In this document: in pieces, positions 1 through 9,431 of the stretch | Numbering within the stretch: the first letter of the stretch is position 1 | Layout: each line of letters starts with the position of its first letter | Assembly: GCF_032334255.1 (NCBI RefSeq) | Contig: NZ_JAUHMF010000001.1 | Location: 1,766,366 to 1,790,365 of the forward strand | Reading direction: 5' to 3' | DNA length: 24,000 nt | From: Thermanaerothrix solaris | Lineage (GTDB): Bacteria; Chloroflexota; Anaerolineae; Anaerolineales; Anaerolineaceae | Notes under the pieces: model-generated | Databases searched by the model: none | Seen by the model: the letters and a program-made list of their open reading frames with translations, nothing else | Told to the model about the DNA's origin: nothing | Program-made: the position numbers and the translations under genes

Positions 1-698
1 AGCACCTCTTGCCCGTGGGTCAGGCGATCATGAATGCGCGCCGCCAGGGTTTCGATTTCATCCAGCGCCTTGCTGCGCGCCTGGATGATCAACGCCCCGC
101 GCTCCACCAGCAAGGCGTCCCAGTATTGCAATTGCGCCGGGTCACCCCCGCGCTCGCCCAACTGCTTGAGCAGGGCGTTACGCTGGCCAAGGATCTGGGT
201 ATATTCGCTGAGCGCCTGGGCGTAGCCGGGCATCACCTGCGCCAGCGCCATATTGAGGTAACGGCGGCGTTCCTCGGGCGCACCTTCGATGATGTTGGTC
301 ATCTGGGGCAGGAAGAGCACCGCGTTGAAGTGTCCCAGCGCCTCACGCGCGGTACGTTTGACCCCATCCACCAGGATTTCACGGCGCATCCGGTTGCCGT
401 TGAGCGCAGCGTTTTCCTGGATCAGGCGCACTTCCAGGCGGTGGGTGTGCTCGCCGCGGATGAATTCGGCTACAATGCGCGCCACCGCCAGCGGTTCGCG
501 CGCGGCCAGGAAGTTGATCAACTGGCGGTCGCTCTCGGTATGAAACGAGGTCAGCGTGGCCAGGTAGTAGATCGCTTCGAGCAGGGTGGTCTTCCCCTGC
601 GCGTTTTCACCCACGATAAGCAACGTTGGGCGCGGGACGTCCACATCCAAGCGGGCAAAGGCGCGGAAATTGGTCAGTGAGAGGTGCGTCAGGATCAT
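1..698 (-). CDS. recF: DNA replication/repair protein RecF, N-terminal ~232 codons (gene continues beyond window start)
   Basis: Absent from the ORF track because it runs off the window edge. My reverse-strand translation from ATG at 698-696 reads MILTHLSLTNFRAFARLDVDVPRPTLLIVGENAQGKTTLLEAIYYLATLTSFH... This is a RecF-type N-terminus with Walker A GENAQGKT. The tracked + ORF 9..680 is its antisense shadow. Confidence 0.88.
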   Translation of the reverse strand, partial: MILTHLSLTNFRAFARLDVDVPRPTLLIVGENAQGKTTLLEAIYYLATLTSFHTESDRQLINFLAAREPLAVARIVAEFIRGEHTHRLEVRLIQENAALNGNRMRREILVDGVKRTAREALGHFNAVLFLPQMTNIIEGAPEERRRYLNMALAQVMPGYAQALSEYTQILGQRNALLKQLGERGGDPAQLQYWDALLVERGALIIQARSKALDEIETLAARIHDRLTHGQEV

Positions 699-737
699 CC
701 CCGCCTCGTTGGGTCGGTGCAGGCTGGCGCGGGCGGC

Positions 738-1244
738 TTAATCCACCGCAACAGCTTCTTCGGGGCTGGGCTTCCAAACCCGCACGGCGCGATCGGTAAA
801 GAGGACACCGTCCAGGTGGTCAATCTCATGCTGAAAGATGCGTGCCACCCACCCTCGTAGTTTGAGTTTGATCGGCTGACCACGGCGGTTCTGGCCCTTG
901 ACCACAATGCGTTGGTAGCGCTCGACCTCTCCCACCAAATCGGGGATAGAAAGACAGCCTTCCACGCCCATTTCGGTCTCGGCAGAGACCTCAACAATCT
1001 CGGGGTTGACCACGACGTAGAGGCGAGGCGGCTTATCCTCATCCTCGTCCTCGCCGTATTCCACCACAATGACCCGTTGGGAGACGCCAACCTGGGGCGC
1101 GGCCAGCCCCACGCCGGGAGCAGCGCGCATGGTCTCGATCATATCCTCAATCAATTGCTGCAGATCCGTGTCAAACTGGCGCACCTTTTGGGCTTTGCGC
1201 CGCAACACCGGATCGGGAACAGTAACAATGGGGCGAATGGCCAT
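738..1244 (-). CDS. def: peptide deformylase
   Basis: 168 aa with the three deformylase motifs: GVGLAAPQVG, EGCLSIP and HEIDHLDG. ATG at 1244 is preceded by GAGGTAGG. Confidence 0.95.
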   Translation of the reverse strand: MAIRPIVTVPDPVLRRKAQKVRQFDTDLQQLIEDMIETMRAAPGVGLAAPQVGVSQRVIVVEYGEDEDEDKPPRLYVVVNPEIVEVSAETEMGVEGCLSIPDLVGEVERYQRIVVKGQNRRGQPIKLKLRGWVARIFQHEIDHLDGVLFTDRAVRVWKPSPEEAVAVD

Positions 1245-1286
1245 TGGTGTACCTACCTCTAAACATGCTGAAAACGTACTCCTATT

Positions 1287-2981
1287 TTACCCCGATTCTG
1301 TTCCTGCCGGGGGCTTCGGCTCGGATTCGGCGGGTGGGTGACTGCTGACCATGCGGTGATATAACTCGATCCACTCGGCCAGTTGTTCACGCTGGGTTTG
1401 CTCGGCCCGCTGTTCCTCGCGTTGCTTGACCGCGACCAGGCGCTGGAACAATTCACGCTGTACCTCAGAGGGGTTGTAGACATCGTCAAAGGTGAATTGG
1501 GTATCTCCAACGCGGATGTAGACCGTGCCGAAATTAAGCAAGAGGTGAATGATGGTCTTCCGCGCGTATTCAATGGTCTGGATGTTGCGCAGGGGGGCAC
1601 TGCGTTTTTCTTCCGTCCCCAGCGGCTTTTTATACACGTCAATGATCATGTCCGGTGTGATGATATAGCGGTCGTTGCGCCAGTCCACATATTGGTACAG
1701 CCACCACAGCGCCAGCGCCGGTACACCAAGCACCAGTACGATCCAGCCCAAGCGTGACGGCAAAGGTAAGCGCTGGCTCAGGATCAACCAGCCCAGGGCA
1801 ACGTCCACGAGCAGAGCCAGGGTAGGCGGGGCCGTCTTGGCCAGGAGGATGGCCCAATGGGTGCGATAGACGATGGTGTCCCCCACCTCCTCACGCAGCA
1901 TGAACAGGCGCGCCAGGGTCTGGCCCAGACGTTGGGTAGAACTGGGAGGTGGGGGTGAGGTCTCTTCAGGGGGTGCTTCTGATGAGGATGAGGAAGGACC
2001 GGTGGGCAGCCCCAAACGGCTGCGAATCGTGGCTTCGATGGCTGCGCGTTGGGCGCGGCGGCGACCGCGGCGAGCACGGTCGCGCTGTTCTTCCAGCAAG
2101 TTCAGCACCAATTGCGGCTCTGCCAGGCGATCCAGGATCAATTGCCCGGTGTAGGTACGCACAATCAGGCTGCCATAGTTAAGGAAGCGGCCAATCTGAT
2201 CGGTCTGCACCTCATCGGCCAAAATGGCTTCCAGTGGCACTTCCTGACGGCTCTCATAAAGCAGGATCACCCGTTCCAGCAACACTACCCGGCGGTTGGT
2301 AATGATGACGTAATCGTTGCTCCAATCCACTGCAGACCAGGCCAGCCAGCCCAGCCCGCCCACCAGGCTAAGAATCAGCAACAGGGTGGGCAGGAGCGCC
2401 CCGTGCCAAACCACAATGGTGAGGAAGGCAAACAGGCCCACCAGCGCACCGGTGACCACGGCGGGCAGCGCAATGCGCAAGAAAAGGAAGAAGGGATGAC
2501 GGCGTGCCACATAGCGCACAACCTCACGTGGGCTGCGCCAGGGCAGGCGCAGGCGTGAGGCTAACAGATAACTGTTCAAGATCAGACGAAAGGCCGGGCT
2601 CAGGTCAGGAAATTCGCGCACCAGCGCCAGGTAGTCCGCCCCTTCTAAACGCAGCACGATCAGCGGCGCAGCAGCCGTAGCGGTAGCGCGGCGCGCCAAC
2701 GGAGTGGGGCTGAGGGCTTCCTCGCCGAAGTAATCCCCTTCTTCCAAGTAGGTCACCTCTTCATCGTTGCCCCGCTGATGACTGAGGCGCACCCGTCCGC
2801 TGAAGATCAGGAAAAATGCCGTGGCATCCTGACCTTCTTCGTAAAGCGCCAGCCCCTCTTCATAAAAGAGCGCCTGCCAATAAGTCATCACGCGCAGCAG
2901 TTGCTCATCGCTGAGGCGGCGAAAGAGATGACACTGCCGTAGAAGCGTTAGCACCTCTTGCTGGGGGATGTCCATGCTCAT
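1287..2981 (-). CDS. membrane protein with N-terminal cyclic-nucleotide-binding domain and two YdbT-like bacterial PH (bPH_2) modules
   Basis: The N-terminus (LFRRLSDEQL...FFLIFSGRVRLS...GDYFGEEAL) is cNMP-binding-like. Two units of a TM pair plus DY(V/I)IT..R module follow (DYVIITNRRVVLLERV...; RYIITPDMIIDVYKKPLG...), separated by an Arg/Pro/Ser-rich linker. The track start at 2993 is TTG. I use ATG at 2981 (MSMDIP...), but the start is uncertain. Confidence 0.8.
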   Translation of the reverse strand: MSMDIPQQEVLTLLRQCHLFRRLSDEQLLRVMTYWQALFYEEGLALYEEGQDATAFFLIFSGRVRLSHQRGNDEEVTYLEEGDYFGEEALSPTPLARRATATAAAPLIVLRLEGADYLALVREFPDLSPAFRLILNSYLLASRLRLPWRSPREVVRYVARRHPFFLFLRIALPAVVTGALVGLFAFLTIVVWHGALLPTLLLILSLVGGLGWLAWSAVDWSNDYVIITNRRVVLLERVILLYESRQEVPLEAILADEVQTDQIGRFLNYGSLIVRTYTGQLILDRLAEPQLVLNLLEEQRDRARRGRRRAQRAAIEATIRSRLGLPTGPSSSSSEAPPEETSPPPPSSTQRLGQTLARLFMLREEVGDTIVYRTHWAILLAKTAPPTLALLVDVALGWLILSQRLPLPSRLGWIVLVLGVPALALWWLYQYVDWRNDRYIITPDMIIDVYKKPLGTEEKRSAPLRNIQTIEYARKTIIHLLLNFGTVYIRVGDTQFTFDDVYNPSEVQRELFQRLVAVKQREEQRAEQTQREQLAEWIELYHRMVSSHPPAESEPKPPAGTESG

Positions 2982-3129
2982 AGTATAGCCCAATCTCTGA
3001 TGGAGGTGAAAGAGCCCCCACCTTCAGGCATGCAAAAAGCGTGCCCATTGACCGTTCTCCGGGCAATGCGCAGATAAAAAAATGCCCCGGGGTACACCCG
3101 GGGCAGAAGGAAAGCCCGACCGAAGGGGA

Positions 3130-4632
3130 TTACAGGCCGTAAATCTCGCCGTACTTGGCGCTCAGATAGCGCAGGTAGGGCTCGGGGGTGATCGGCGAAC
3201 CCGTCACGCGCTGCACCAGCTCTTGCGGCTCGAACTTCGCCCCGTGCTGGTGAATCTTCTCGCGCAGCCAGGCCAGCAGATCTGCAAATTCCCCGCGGGC
3301 AATCTGCGCTTCCACGTCGGGAAGATCGCGTTGGATGGTTTCCCACAACTGCGCCGAGACCAGGTTGCCCAGCGCATAGGTGGGGAAATACCCAATCAAC
3401 CCTGCCGACCAGTGCACATCTTGCAGCACCCCCAGGCGATCGTTGGGCGGAACGATGCCCAAGTAGTCCTGCATGCGACTGTTCCACGCCTCGGGCAGAT
3501 CTTGAACGTCCAGGCTGCCTTCAGCGAGAGCGATCTCCAGTTCCAGGCGCAACATGATGTGCAGGTTGTAGGTGGCTTCGTCGGCTTCAACGCGGATAAA
3601 GGACGGCTTGACTTTGTTGATCGCCTTGTAAAACGCCTCCAGGCTCACATTGCCCAACTGGCGTGGGAAGAGCGCTTGTAAGCGCGGGTAAGCGTAGCGC
3701 CAGAAAGGCTTTGACCGCCCGACCAGGTTCTCCCACATTCGTGATTGCGACTCGTGCACCGCCATCGAAGCACCATCGGCAAGGATGGTGCGGCGCAGGT
3801 TGCGTCCGATACCCTGATGGTAGAGAGCGTGCCCGCATTCGTGCATGGTGCTGAAGAGCCCTGAGACCAGGTTGCGGGGGTGAATGCGGGTGGTAATGCG
3901 CACATCGCCCAGGCCGAAGGCGGTTGTGAAAGGATGCGCCGAACGATCCTGTCGCCCGGCTTTCCAGTCATAGCCGAAGCGGGTGATCACCTCCACGCCG
4001 AAATCCCATTGCTTCTTCTCGCTGTAGCGCAAGAAAAGAAAACCATCTTCTACCGGTGGGCGTGTGGCGATCTGACGCACCAAGTCAACTTGATGCGGGC
4101 GCAAGGCGTTGAAAATCGCCTGCACCTCGGCGGTCTTCATCCCCGGCTCAAAATCATCCAGCAACGGGTCATAAACGTGATCATAGGGCGCGAAGCACTC
4201 GGCATAGGCGCGGCGCAGTTCGACGACCTTTTCCAGGTGCGGGCGGAAGTGAGCAAAGTTGGATTCGGCGCGCGCCTGCACCCAGGCTTCCTGCGCCAGG
4301 GTGGTCACCTGAGTGAATTCGGCCACCAAATCCGTGGGCACCTTGGTCTGCTTATCATAAGCACGCTTGGCTTTGTAGATCAGCCGCGCTTCGTCCGAAT
4401 CAGGGGGCAGGGTTTCGGCATAGGGGAGCAGATCCTCAATCAGTTGCCCCACCTCCGGGGCAGTGGCTTTGAGGTGGATCAGGCGGGATAGAGTGGCCAG
4501 TTGCTCACTGCGTTCCTCGGCACCCGCGGGGGGCATGTAGGTCTGCTGATCCCACGAGAGCACTGCCGCGGCGGCTTGCAGGTCCACCACCTCGGCCATC
4601 AGGGTTTTGAGTCGTTGGAGTTTCTCTTCCAT
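3130..4632 (-). CDS. carboxypeptidase Taq-type metallopeptidase (family M32)
   Basis: M32 hallmark motifs are present in order: HPFTTAF, DVRITTR, HECGHALY (HExxH), IRVEADEATYNLHIMLR and GVLQDVHWS. ATG at 4632 (MEEKLQRL) has GAGGT 5 nt upstream, so it is preferred over the track start at 4656. Confidence 0.9.
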   Translation of the reverse strand: MEEKLQRLKTLMAEVVDLQAAAAVLSWDQQTYMPPAGAEERSEQLATLSRLIHLKATAPEVGQLIEDLLPYAETLPPDSDEARLIYKAKRAYDKQTKVPTDLVAEFTQVTTLAQEAWVQARAESNFAHFRPHLEKVVELRRAYAECFAPYDHVYDPLLDDFEPGMKTAEVQAIFNALRPHQVDLVRQIATRPPVEDGFLFLRYSEKKQWDFGVEVITRFGYDWKAGRQDRSAHPFTTAFGLGDVRITTRIHPRNLVSGLFSTMHECGHALYHQGIGRNLRRTILADGASMAVHESQSRMWENLVGRSKPFWRYAYPRLQALFPRQLGNVSLEAFYKAINKVKPSFIRVEADEATYNLHIMLRLELEIALAEGSLDVQDLPEAWNSRMQDYLGIVPPNDRLGVLQDVHWSAGLIGYFPTYALGNLVSAQLWETIQRDLPDVEAQIARGEFADLLAWLREKIHQHGAKFEPQELVQRVTGSPITPEPYLRYLSAKYGEIYGL

Positions 4633-4659
4633 GCTTACCTCAGCGTGATAGATCATGGA

Positions 4660-5601
4660 TCAAGCGACGCGCCAGCGCAGGGGCTTGCCCTCCAGGGCGG
4701 CGAGCACCTCGGTGGCAATGTCCTCGGCAGCGCGGGTTTGGGCTTCGACAGTTTGGGCGCCGATGTGCGGCGTGCAGACGACTTTGGGGTGGGTGACCAG
4801 GGCGGTTGCCCCGGGTGGTTCGGTAGCGAAGACGTCTAACCCGGCTCCGGCTACCTTGCCCGAATTGAGTGCCTGGAGCAGGGCTTCTTCGTCAATCACG
4901 CCCCCGCGCGCAGCGCAGATGATATAGACGCCGTCCTTCATCTTGGCAAAGGCTTCGGCGTTGAGCAGGTTGCGCGTGTTCTCATCCAGCGGAACGTGCA
5001 GGGTGATGATGTCGGCGCGGTGGAGCAATTCATCCAGCGAGACCGGCTCGCCCCCACGCAGGCGGATGGCCTCGGCGGGGAGTAGGGGATCATAGGCAAG
5101 AATGTCCATATCGAAGGCTTTGGCGCGGCGGGCCACCTCGGTGCCAATACGCCCGAAGCCGATCACACCGAGGGTCTTGCGCCAAAGTTCGTGTCCTTCC
5201 AGTTCTTTCTTGATCCACTGGCCGGCCTTCATGGTGGCATCGGCGCGCGGGATCTCGCGCACGACCGAAAGCATCAAACCCAGAGTGAGTTCGGCCACAG
5301 CGATGGTAGTTGCAGTCGGTGAGTTGACGACAATGACGTTGTGGGCTTTAGCAGCGTTGAGGTCAATGTTATCCACGCCCACGCCGGCGCGGCCCACGAC
5401 TTTGAGGCGCGGAGCGGCATCGAAGACCGCCGCGGTGACCTTGGTGCGCCCGCGCACAATCAGCGCATCGTACTCGGCGACCACCTTGAGCAGGTCATCG
5501 GCGGAGATGCCGGCACGGTTATCCACCTGCGCGGCAGCACGCAGAATGTCCTGGCCATTCTGTTCCAGGCCATCGGTGAGCAGAATCTTCCATTCGGGCA
5601 T
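4660..5601 (-). CDS. D-isomer-specific 2-hydroxyacid dehydrogenase (phosphoglycerate dehydrogenase-like, no ACT domain)
   Basis: 313 aa. NAD-binding GVIGFGRIGTEVA...D, catalytic region ...ARGGVIDE...CTPHIGA. AAAGGAG Shine-Dalgarno 6 nt before the ATG at 5601. Confidence 0.85.
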   Translation of the reverse strand: MPEWKILLTDGLEQNGQDILRAAAQVDNRAGISADDLLKVVAEYDALIVRGRTKVTAAVFDAAPRLKVVGRAGVGVDNIDLNAAKAHNVIVVNSPTATTIAVAELTLGLMLSVVREIPRADATMKAGQWIKKELEGHELWRKTLGVIGFGRIGTEVARRAKAFDMDILAYDPLLPAEAIRLRGGEPVSLDELLHRADIITLHVPLDENTRNLLNAEAFAKMKDGVYIICAARGGVIDEEALLQALNSGKVAGAGLDVFATEPPGATALVTHPKVVCTPHIGAQTVEAQTRAAEDIATEVLAALEGKPLRWRVA

Positions 5602-5801
5602 GGCTCATCTCCTTTTGGGTGGGGGTGATTCGTGAGACGAAGTGGGGCATACGCCCCCCTGCGCTATGATTTTACCCCAAAAGGCAGGGGGAGGAAACAA
5701 TTGCCCTTGAACATTAAATTAGCCAAGGTCTATTGAGGAGAAACAAAAAAAGCCTGTGGACCGCAAGAGGGCAAACCCTTTGCGATAAAGGCGGTGAAAC
5801 A

Positions 5802-6383
5802 TTAGAGTAACTCAGGAGGGACCGGAGGCGCTACTTGAGCAGGAAAGATTAGATGGAGCAAGTTGAGCAACTTATAAGCAATCTCTTCATCAAATGTATA
5901 AAAACCCTCGTAAACGCGGCCATGAGGTTTGTTGGTTTCACTGCTCTTCTCCTCTGCAAGTAAAGTCATGCTGAGTCCTGGTCCATAGGCAACCAAAAAC
6001 CAATAATTCACCAACGCGCTGTTTGATGTATCCATAAAATAAATGTTGGGCCAGGACGGGAGTTGAGTATCCGGTACAGCATAAAGCCATAATCCTGTCA
6101 CTCTGGTGGCAATCCGTTCATAACGTAGGGATTGATCCTCTATGCGAGAGAGATACTGAAAGGAAACGTGAAGTTCGGCGGGGCGCACAGCCTGAACTGC
6201 AGCATCCTCTATCATGTGACTGATGTGAATCATAGTATTGACCGAGAAAATATAACGAAATTGCCGGGTTTGCAAATCTTCTTCAGAGACCTGTGAGAGC
6301 AGGGTCTCGGCTTGTGGAGAGAATGTAGGTAAAGCGCGCTGGAAGAATTGGATAAACAGGGCAACTGGATCTCGGGTAAGCAT
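5802..6383 (-). CDS. stand-alone DICT-like sensory domain protein (assignment tentative)
   Basis: The residue pattern ISHMIED...SFQYLSRIEDQSLRYERIA...LWLYAVPD...YWFLVAYGPGLSMTLLAEE...YEGFYTFDEEIAYKLL resembles my memory of DICT-domain (PF10069) proteins. ATG at 6383 has GAGGTG 4 nt upstream. The tracked 5' extension to 6509 lacks a ribosome-binding site. The gene is visibly more AT-rich than its neighbours. Confidence 0.55.
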   Translation of the reverse strand: MLTRDPVALFIQFFQRALPTFSPQAETLLSQVSEEDLQTRQFRYIFSVNTMIHISHMIEDAAVQAVRPAELHVSFQYLSRIEDQSLRYERIATRVTGLWLYAVPDTQLPSWPNIYFMDTSNSALVNYWFLVAYGPGLSMTLLAEEKSSETNKPHGRVYEGFYTFDEEIAYKLLNLLHLIFPAQVAPPVPPELL

Positions 6384-6496
6384 CAAACACCTCGGTTTGA
6401 ATAGGATGATAAAAAAGTATAGCCGGAGATTGTTTTGGGCAAGAGGGAACGTATAAGGTGCAGGAATATATATGGCGTTACCACCATCCTCAATCA

Positions 6497-6519
6497 CCCG
6501 ATCAAGCAAATTGATCGGG
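6497..6519. repeat. perfect 9-bp inverted repeat CCCGATCAA-N5-TTGATCGGG in a divergent intergenic region
   Basis: Read directly: 6497-6505 is the reverse complement of 6511-6519. No flanking T-run on either strand, so it looks more like an operator than a terminator. Confidence 0.5.
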
Positions 6520-6664
6520 ACTACTTCAGCGAGGATTAGCTTTTAGAGCGGTCGGGCTTTTGGTTTTGACAAACCTTATACAATCTCTATTCAAGCCCGT
6601 ACCTGGGATTACAATAAAACCAGGCAATTCTGCCTCATCTCTCGGCTCGCGAAAGGTCTTCTAA

Positions 6665-7444
6665 ATGAATCGGGATCGTTTACGCCAGTGGCTCACCGTT
6701 TTGCTTGTTCTAATCACTATCGTCATCAATGGGCTGGCCAATGCCCTGCCCTTCAACAACCTCACCACGGGTGAAATTTCCGACCGCTTCCAGGTCTATT
6801 TTGTCCCCGCGGGTTACGTCTTTTCCATTTGGGGGTTGATCTACCTCGGTCTGATCGCCTTTGCCGTCTTTCAGGCCCTACCTGCCCAGCGCGAAAATCC
6901 GCGCTTGCGGGCTATCTTCCCCTGGTTTGTCCTGGCCAGCCTCGCCAACATCACCTGGCTCTTTTTGTGGCATTATGAGCAGTTTGTGTTCACCCTGCCA
7001 GCCATGCTGACCCTGCTGATCAGTCTGATTTTCATCTATCTGCGGCTGGGCATCGGGCGTAGCACTGTCTCAGCCGCCGAACGCTGGGTGACCCACGCCC
7101 CCTTTAGCCTCTACCTGGGCTGGATCAGCGTTGCCACCATCGCCAACGTCACCGATGTCCTCTACTATTTGGGCTGGAACGGCGGCGGTTTGGCCCCCGA
7201 GGTCTGGGCGGTAATCATGCTGGGGGTGGTTGTCGCGCTGGCGGCACTCATGGCCTGGGCCCGCCGCGACGTGATCTACCTGCTGGTGTTCGTCTGGGCG
7301 CTGGCCGGGATCGCGGTCAAGCAAAGCGCTACACCGCTGGTCGCGGGTGCCGCAGCGGCCGGTGCAGGTGCAGTCGGCGTGCTGGCAGTGTTCAGCCTGG
7401 TGAGATCGCGGCGCGGGACGGTCAAGACAGCACTCTCAGGGTGA
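6665..7444 (+). CDS. TspO/MBR-related tryptophan-rich membrane protein (long ~260 aa form)
   Basis: Multi-TM protein. The N-terminal pattern NGLANALPFNNLTTGEISDRF...FVPAGYVFSIWGLIYLGL and the W-rich helices (ITWLFLWHY) match my recollection of the long TspO-like family. This is a recollection, not a search result. Confidence 0.55.
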   Translation: MNRDRLRQWLTVLLVLITIVINGLANALPFNNLTTGEISDRFQVYFVPAGYVFSIWGLIYLGLIAFAVFQALPAQRENPRLRAIFPWFVLASLANITWLFLWHYEQFVFTLPAMLTLLISLIFIYLRLGIGRSTVSAAERWVTHAPFSLYLGWISVATIANVTDVLYYLGWNGGGLAPEVWAVIMLGVVVALAALMAWARRDVIYLLVFVWALAGIAVKQSATPLVAGAAAAGAGAVGVLAVFSLVRSRRGTVKTALSG

Positions 7445-7528
7445 GGTGCTGACCATCCCCAGGGCAAAGGTTGCATCGGTATAGGTGAAAATAACGGTAT
7501 AGAAGCGCGTCGGCGGCGCGGGGGCAAA

Positions 7529-8056
7529 CTAAAGATCCCACGTGCCGTCACCGCGATTTTGAGCAACTAATTCCCATGTCTGGTTGGTGCAGAAGCGTGC
7601 CCAATTGGTGTGATTATCCCCGGCGAGCAAGATTTGACCCACCTCACGATGAGGATCTACACCGCGCACCACCAGGTGATAGGCTTCAACCTGACCCAGA
7701 CCATCCCGCCCCGGACAACCTCGTCCAACCCCGAAAAAGCCATCGGCACCGCGAAAACGAACACCCAAACGTTGAGATGTGGCTGGCGCCCAATAAGATG
7801 TGGTCGGTGGCGTGTTTGTCGGCAATCCCGGCGGTGTGACTGGAGGCATGGAGGTCGGCCCCACTCCTGCGATGGACGCCTCGGTTGGCGACCGGGAATG
7901 ACGTTCCACGGAAACCTCAAACCAGCGCAGGTGCAACACCGGGTTGGGTGAAAGAAGGGTGACCAGACAGGCCCCCAAACACAGACCGGTCAGCGCAATA
8001 CCGCCCAGGGCGATTACCATCAGCAGATAAACGTTGAGACGGGGACGCGATTCCAT
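7529..8056 (-). CDS. hypothetical membrane-anchored protein
   Basis: ATG at 8056 preceded by GAGGT. N-terminal TM helix (VYLLMVIALGGIALTGLCLGACLVTLL) followed by a Pro/Thr-rich linker. No recognisable family. Confidence 0.6.
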   Translation of the reverse strand: MESRPRLNVYLLMVIALGGIALTGLCLGACLVTLLSPNPVLHLRWFEVSVERHSRSPTEASIAGVGPTSMPPVTPPGLPTNTPPTTSYWAPATSQRLGVRFRGADGFFGVGRGCPGRDGLGQVEAYHLVVRGVDPHREVGQILLAGDNHTNWARFCTNQTWELVAQNRGDGTWDL

Positions 8057-8084
8057 AGGTACCTCATGAGCACTTGGTGGAGGG

Positions 8085-9431
8085 CTACGGGGACATCAAG
8101 CGCTGGAAAACCGCTTGCGCCCAATCCCAGAGGGCTTTTTGGGTGGTGGCATCGGCAACAAGCGCACCGCGTCCGTTGAACGCCAACTGAAAGGCAAAAC
8201 CATCGGCATAGGGCTGCTCAAAGGCCTGACTTAAGGGTTGCAATCCATCCACCCACCCGTAGAGCGTTTCCAGTTCCTTGGCCGTCAAGCGCTGGCGTGT
8301 GATCAGCGTTGGAGCAGACTGGGAATTGCGGCAGTCGTAGACCTCGGCCCAGCCCGATTCGTAGACGCGCAGGATCTGGCATAGGCCAGCAATGCCCCCA
8401 CTGCGCTGCCACGAAAGCACCAGCCCCAGCCCACCTTCAAACTCTACATTTTGCGCCGCCGCGACCTGCGCCGCCACCCAAGCCGCCAAACTGCGCTGCT
8501 CGGCAGGGGTGGCTTTCTGCGATCCTTTACCGGCCAGGCTGACCCACCCCAGCGCCGTCTCGGCCTCAAACGGGGCGTAGGTTTGCACAAACTGGCTCAA
8601 TTCGGCAGCCTGCTCGGGCGACTTAAAGGCCCAACGCTGCGCTGCCGCCCCACACGCCCCGTAGGTCAGCCCCTGCAGGTTAACCTCAGCGCTCAGGCAA
8701 GCGCTCTCACTCTGCCGTTGCCAGCGCACCAGGGGCTGAGCGCTGCCATGGGGTAGGGACTCGACCAGGCGGATCGCGCTGCCGTTCTGGTTGGTATGCA
8801 GGGTGTAACGGGTGCCTTGCACCTCTAGGGTGATTCGGTAGCCCGGCGTGAGCACCTGGGCACACATTTCATCCGGGCGGGCGGCGCCTAAGCAAGCATC
8901 CGGCCAGGTCACCTCTTCGGCGCCCACCACCGTGATCGCCAGCGGGTCGGATAGACCAAGGTGCTCAGCCAGGTAGCGCCGTGCGGCTTCCACCGCCGGC
9001 ACATTAGCGGGAGAGGGGGGGACTCGCAAGTCTTCGGCACGCACGTTATCACCTTCCAAATTGGTGCGGTAGGTAACGGTTTGTCCTTTAGCCTCCAAGA
9101 CCACACGGAAACCCTCTACCATCATCTCGGCGCAGGCCTCATCGGGTGCGGGTAAGCCCAGGCAAGTATCCGGCCACTGGGCCGACTCAATATGCAGGAT
9201 AGAAACGGCCTCGGTGGAAGGCCCCAGGCGTGCGGCCAAATCGGCCTGGGCCGCCGCGGCGGCACGTAGCGCGGTCGGTGCCAGTGGCGTCGCGGCGCTG
9301 GTCGGCGTGGCCAAGCCGTTGGGCAAGGGAGTTTTGACATCCGGGGTAGGGGTCAGCGCTAAGGGTTGGCAAGCCGATAGTCCCAGGAGTAGCACCCCTA
9401 ATCCCAGACTCAGCCATTTGGTCAACGACAT
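8085..9431 (-). CDS. lipoprotein with tandem Cys-containing repeat domain
   Basis: Signal peptide plus lipobox (LLLGLSAC). Strong GGAGAGGA ribosome-binding site. Two ~75-aa internal repeats share W-P-D-x-C-L-G ... P-D-E-x-C-A ... G-(F/Y)-R ... L-E ... T-N. Confidence 0.8.
   Translation of the reverse strand: MSLTKWLSLGLGVLLLGLSACQPLALTPTPDVKTPLPNGLATPTSAATPLAPTALRAAAAAQADLAARLGPSTEAVSILHIESAQWPDTCLGLPAPDEACAEMMVEGFRVVLEAKGQTVTYRTNLEGDNVRAEDLRVPPSPANVPAVEAARRYLAEHLGLSDPLAITVVGAEEVTWPDACLGAARPDEMCAQVLTPGYRITLEVQGTRYTLHTNQNGSAIRLVESLPHGSAQPLVRWQRQSESACLSAEVNLQGLTYGACGAAAQRWAFKSPEQAAELSQFVQTYAPFEAETALGWVSLAGKGSQKATPAEQRSLAAWVAAQVAAAQNVEFEGGLGLVLSWQRSGGIAGLCQILRVYESGWAEVYDCRNSQSAPTLITRQRLTAKELETLYGWVDGLQPLSQAFEQPYADGFAFQLAFNGRGALVADATTQKALWDWAQAVFQRLMSP

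Noticed and set aside
9-680. 223-aa + strand ORF at the window start
   Set aside because: Low-complexity Arg/Gln/Ala-rich product. The opposite strand encodes a textbook RecF N-terminus in the same interval, so this is an antisense shadow ORF.
6384-6509. 5' extension of the DICT-like ORF (track start 6509)
   Set aside because: The extra 42 codons (MLDRVIEDGGNAIYIPAPYTF...) have no ribosome-binding site, whereas the internal ATG at 6383 has GAGGTG 4 nt upstream.
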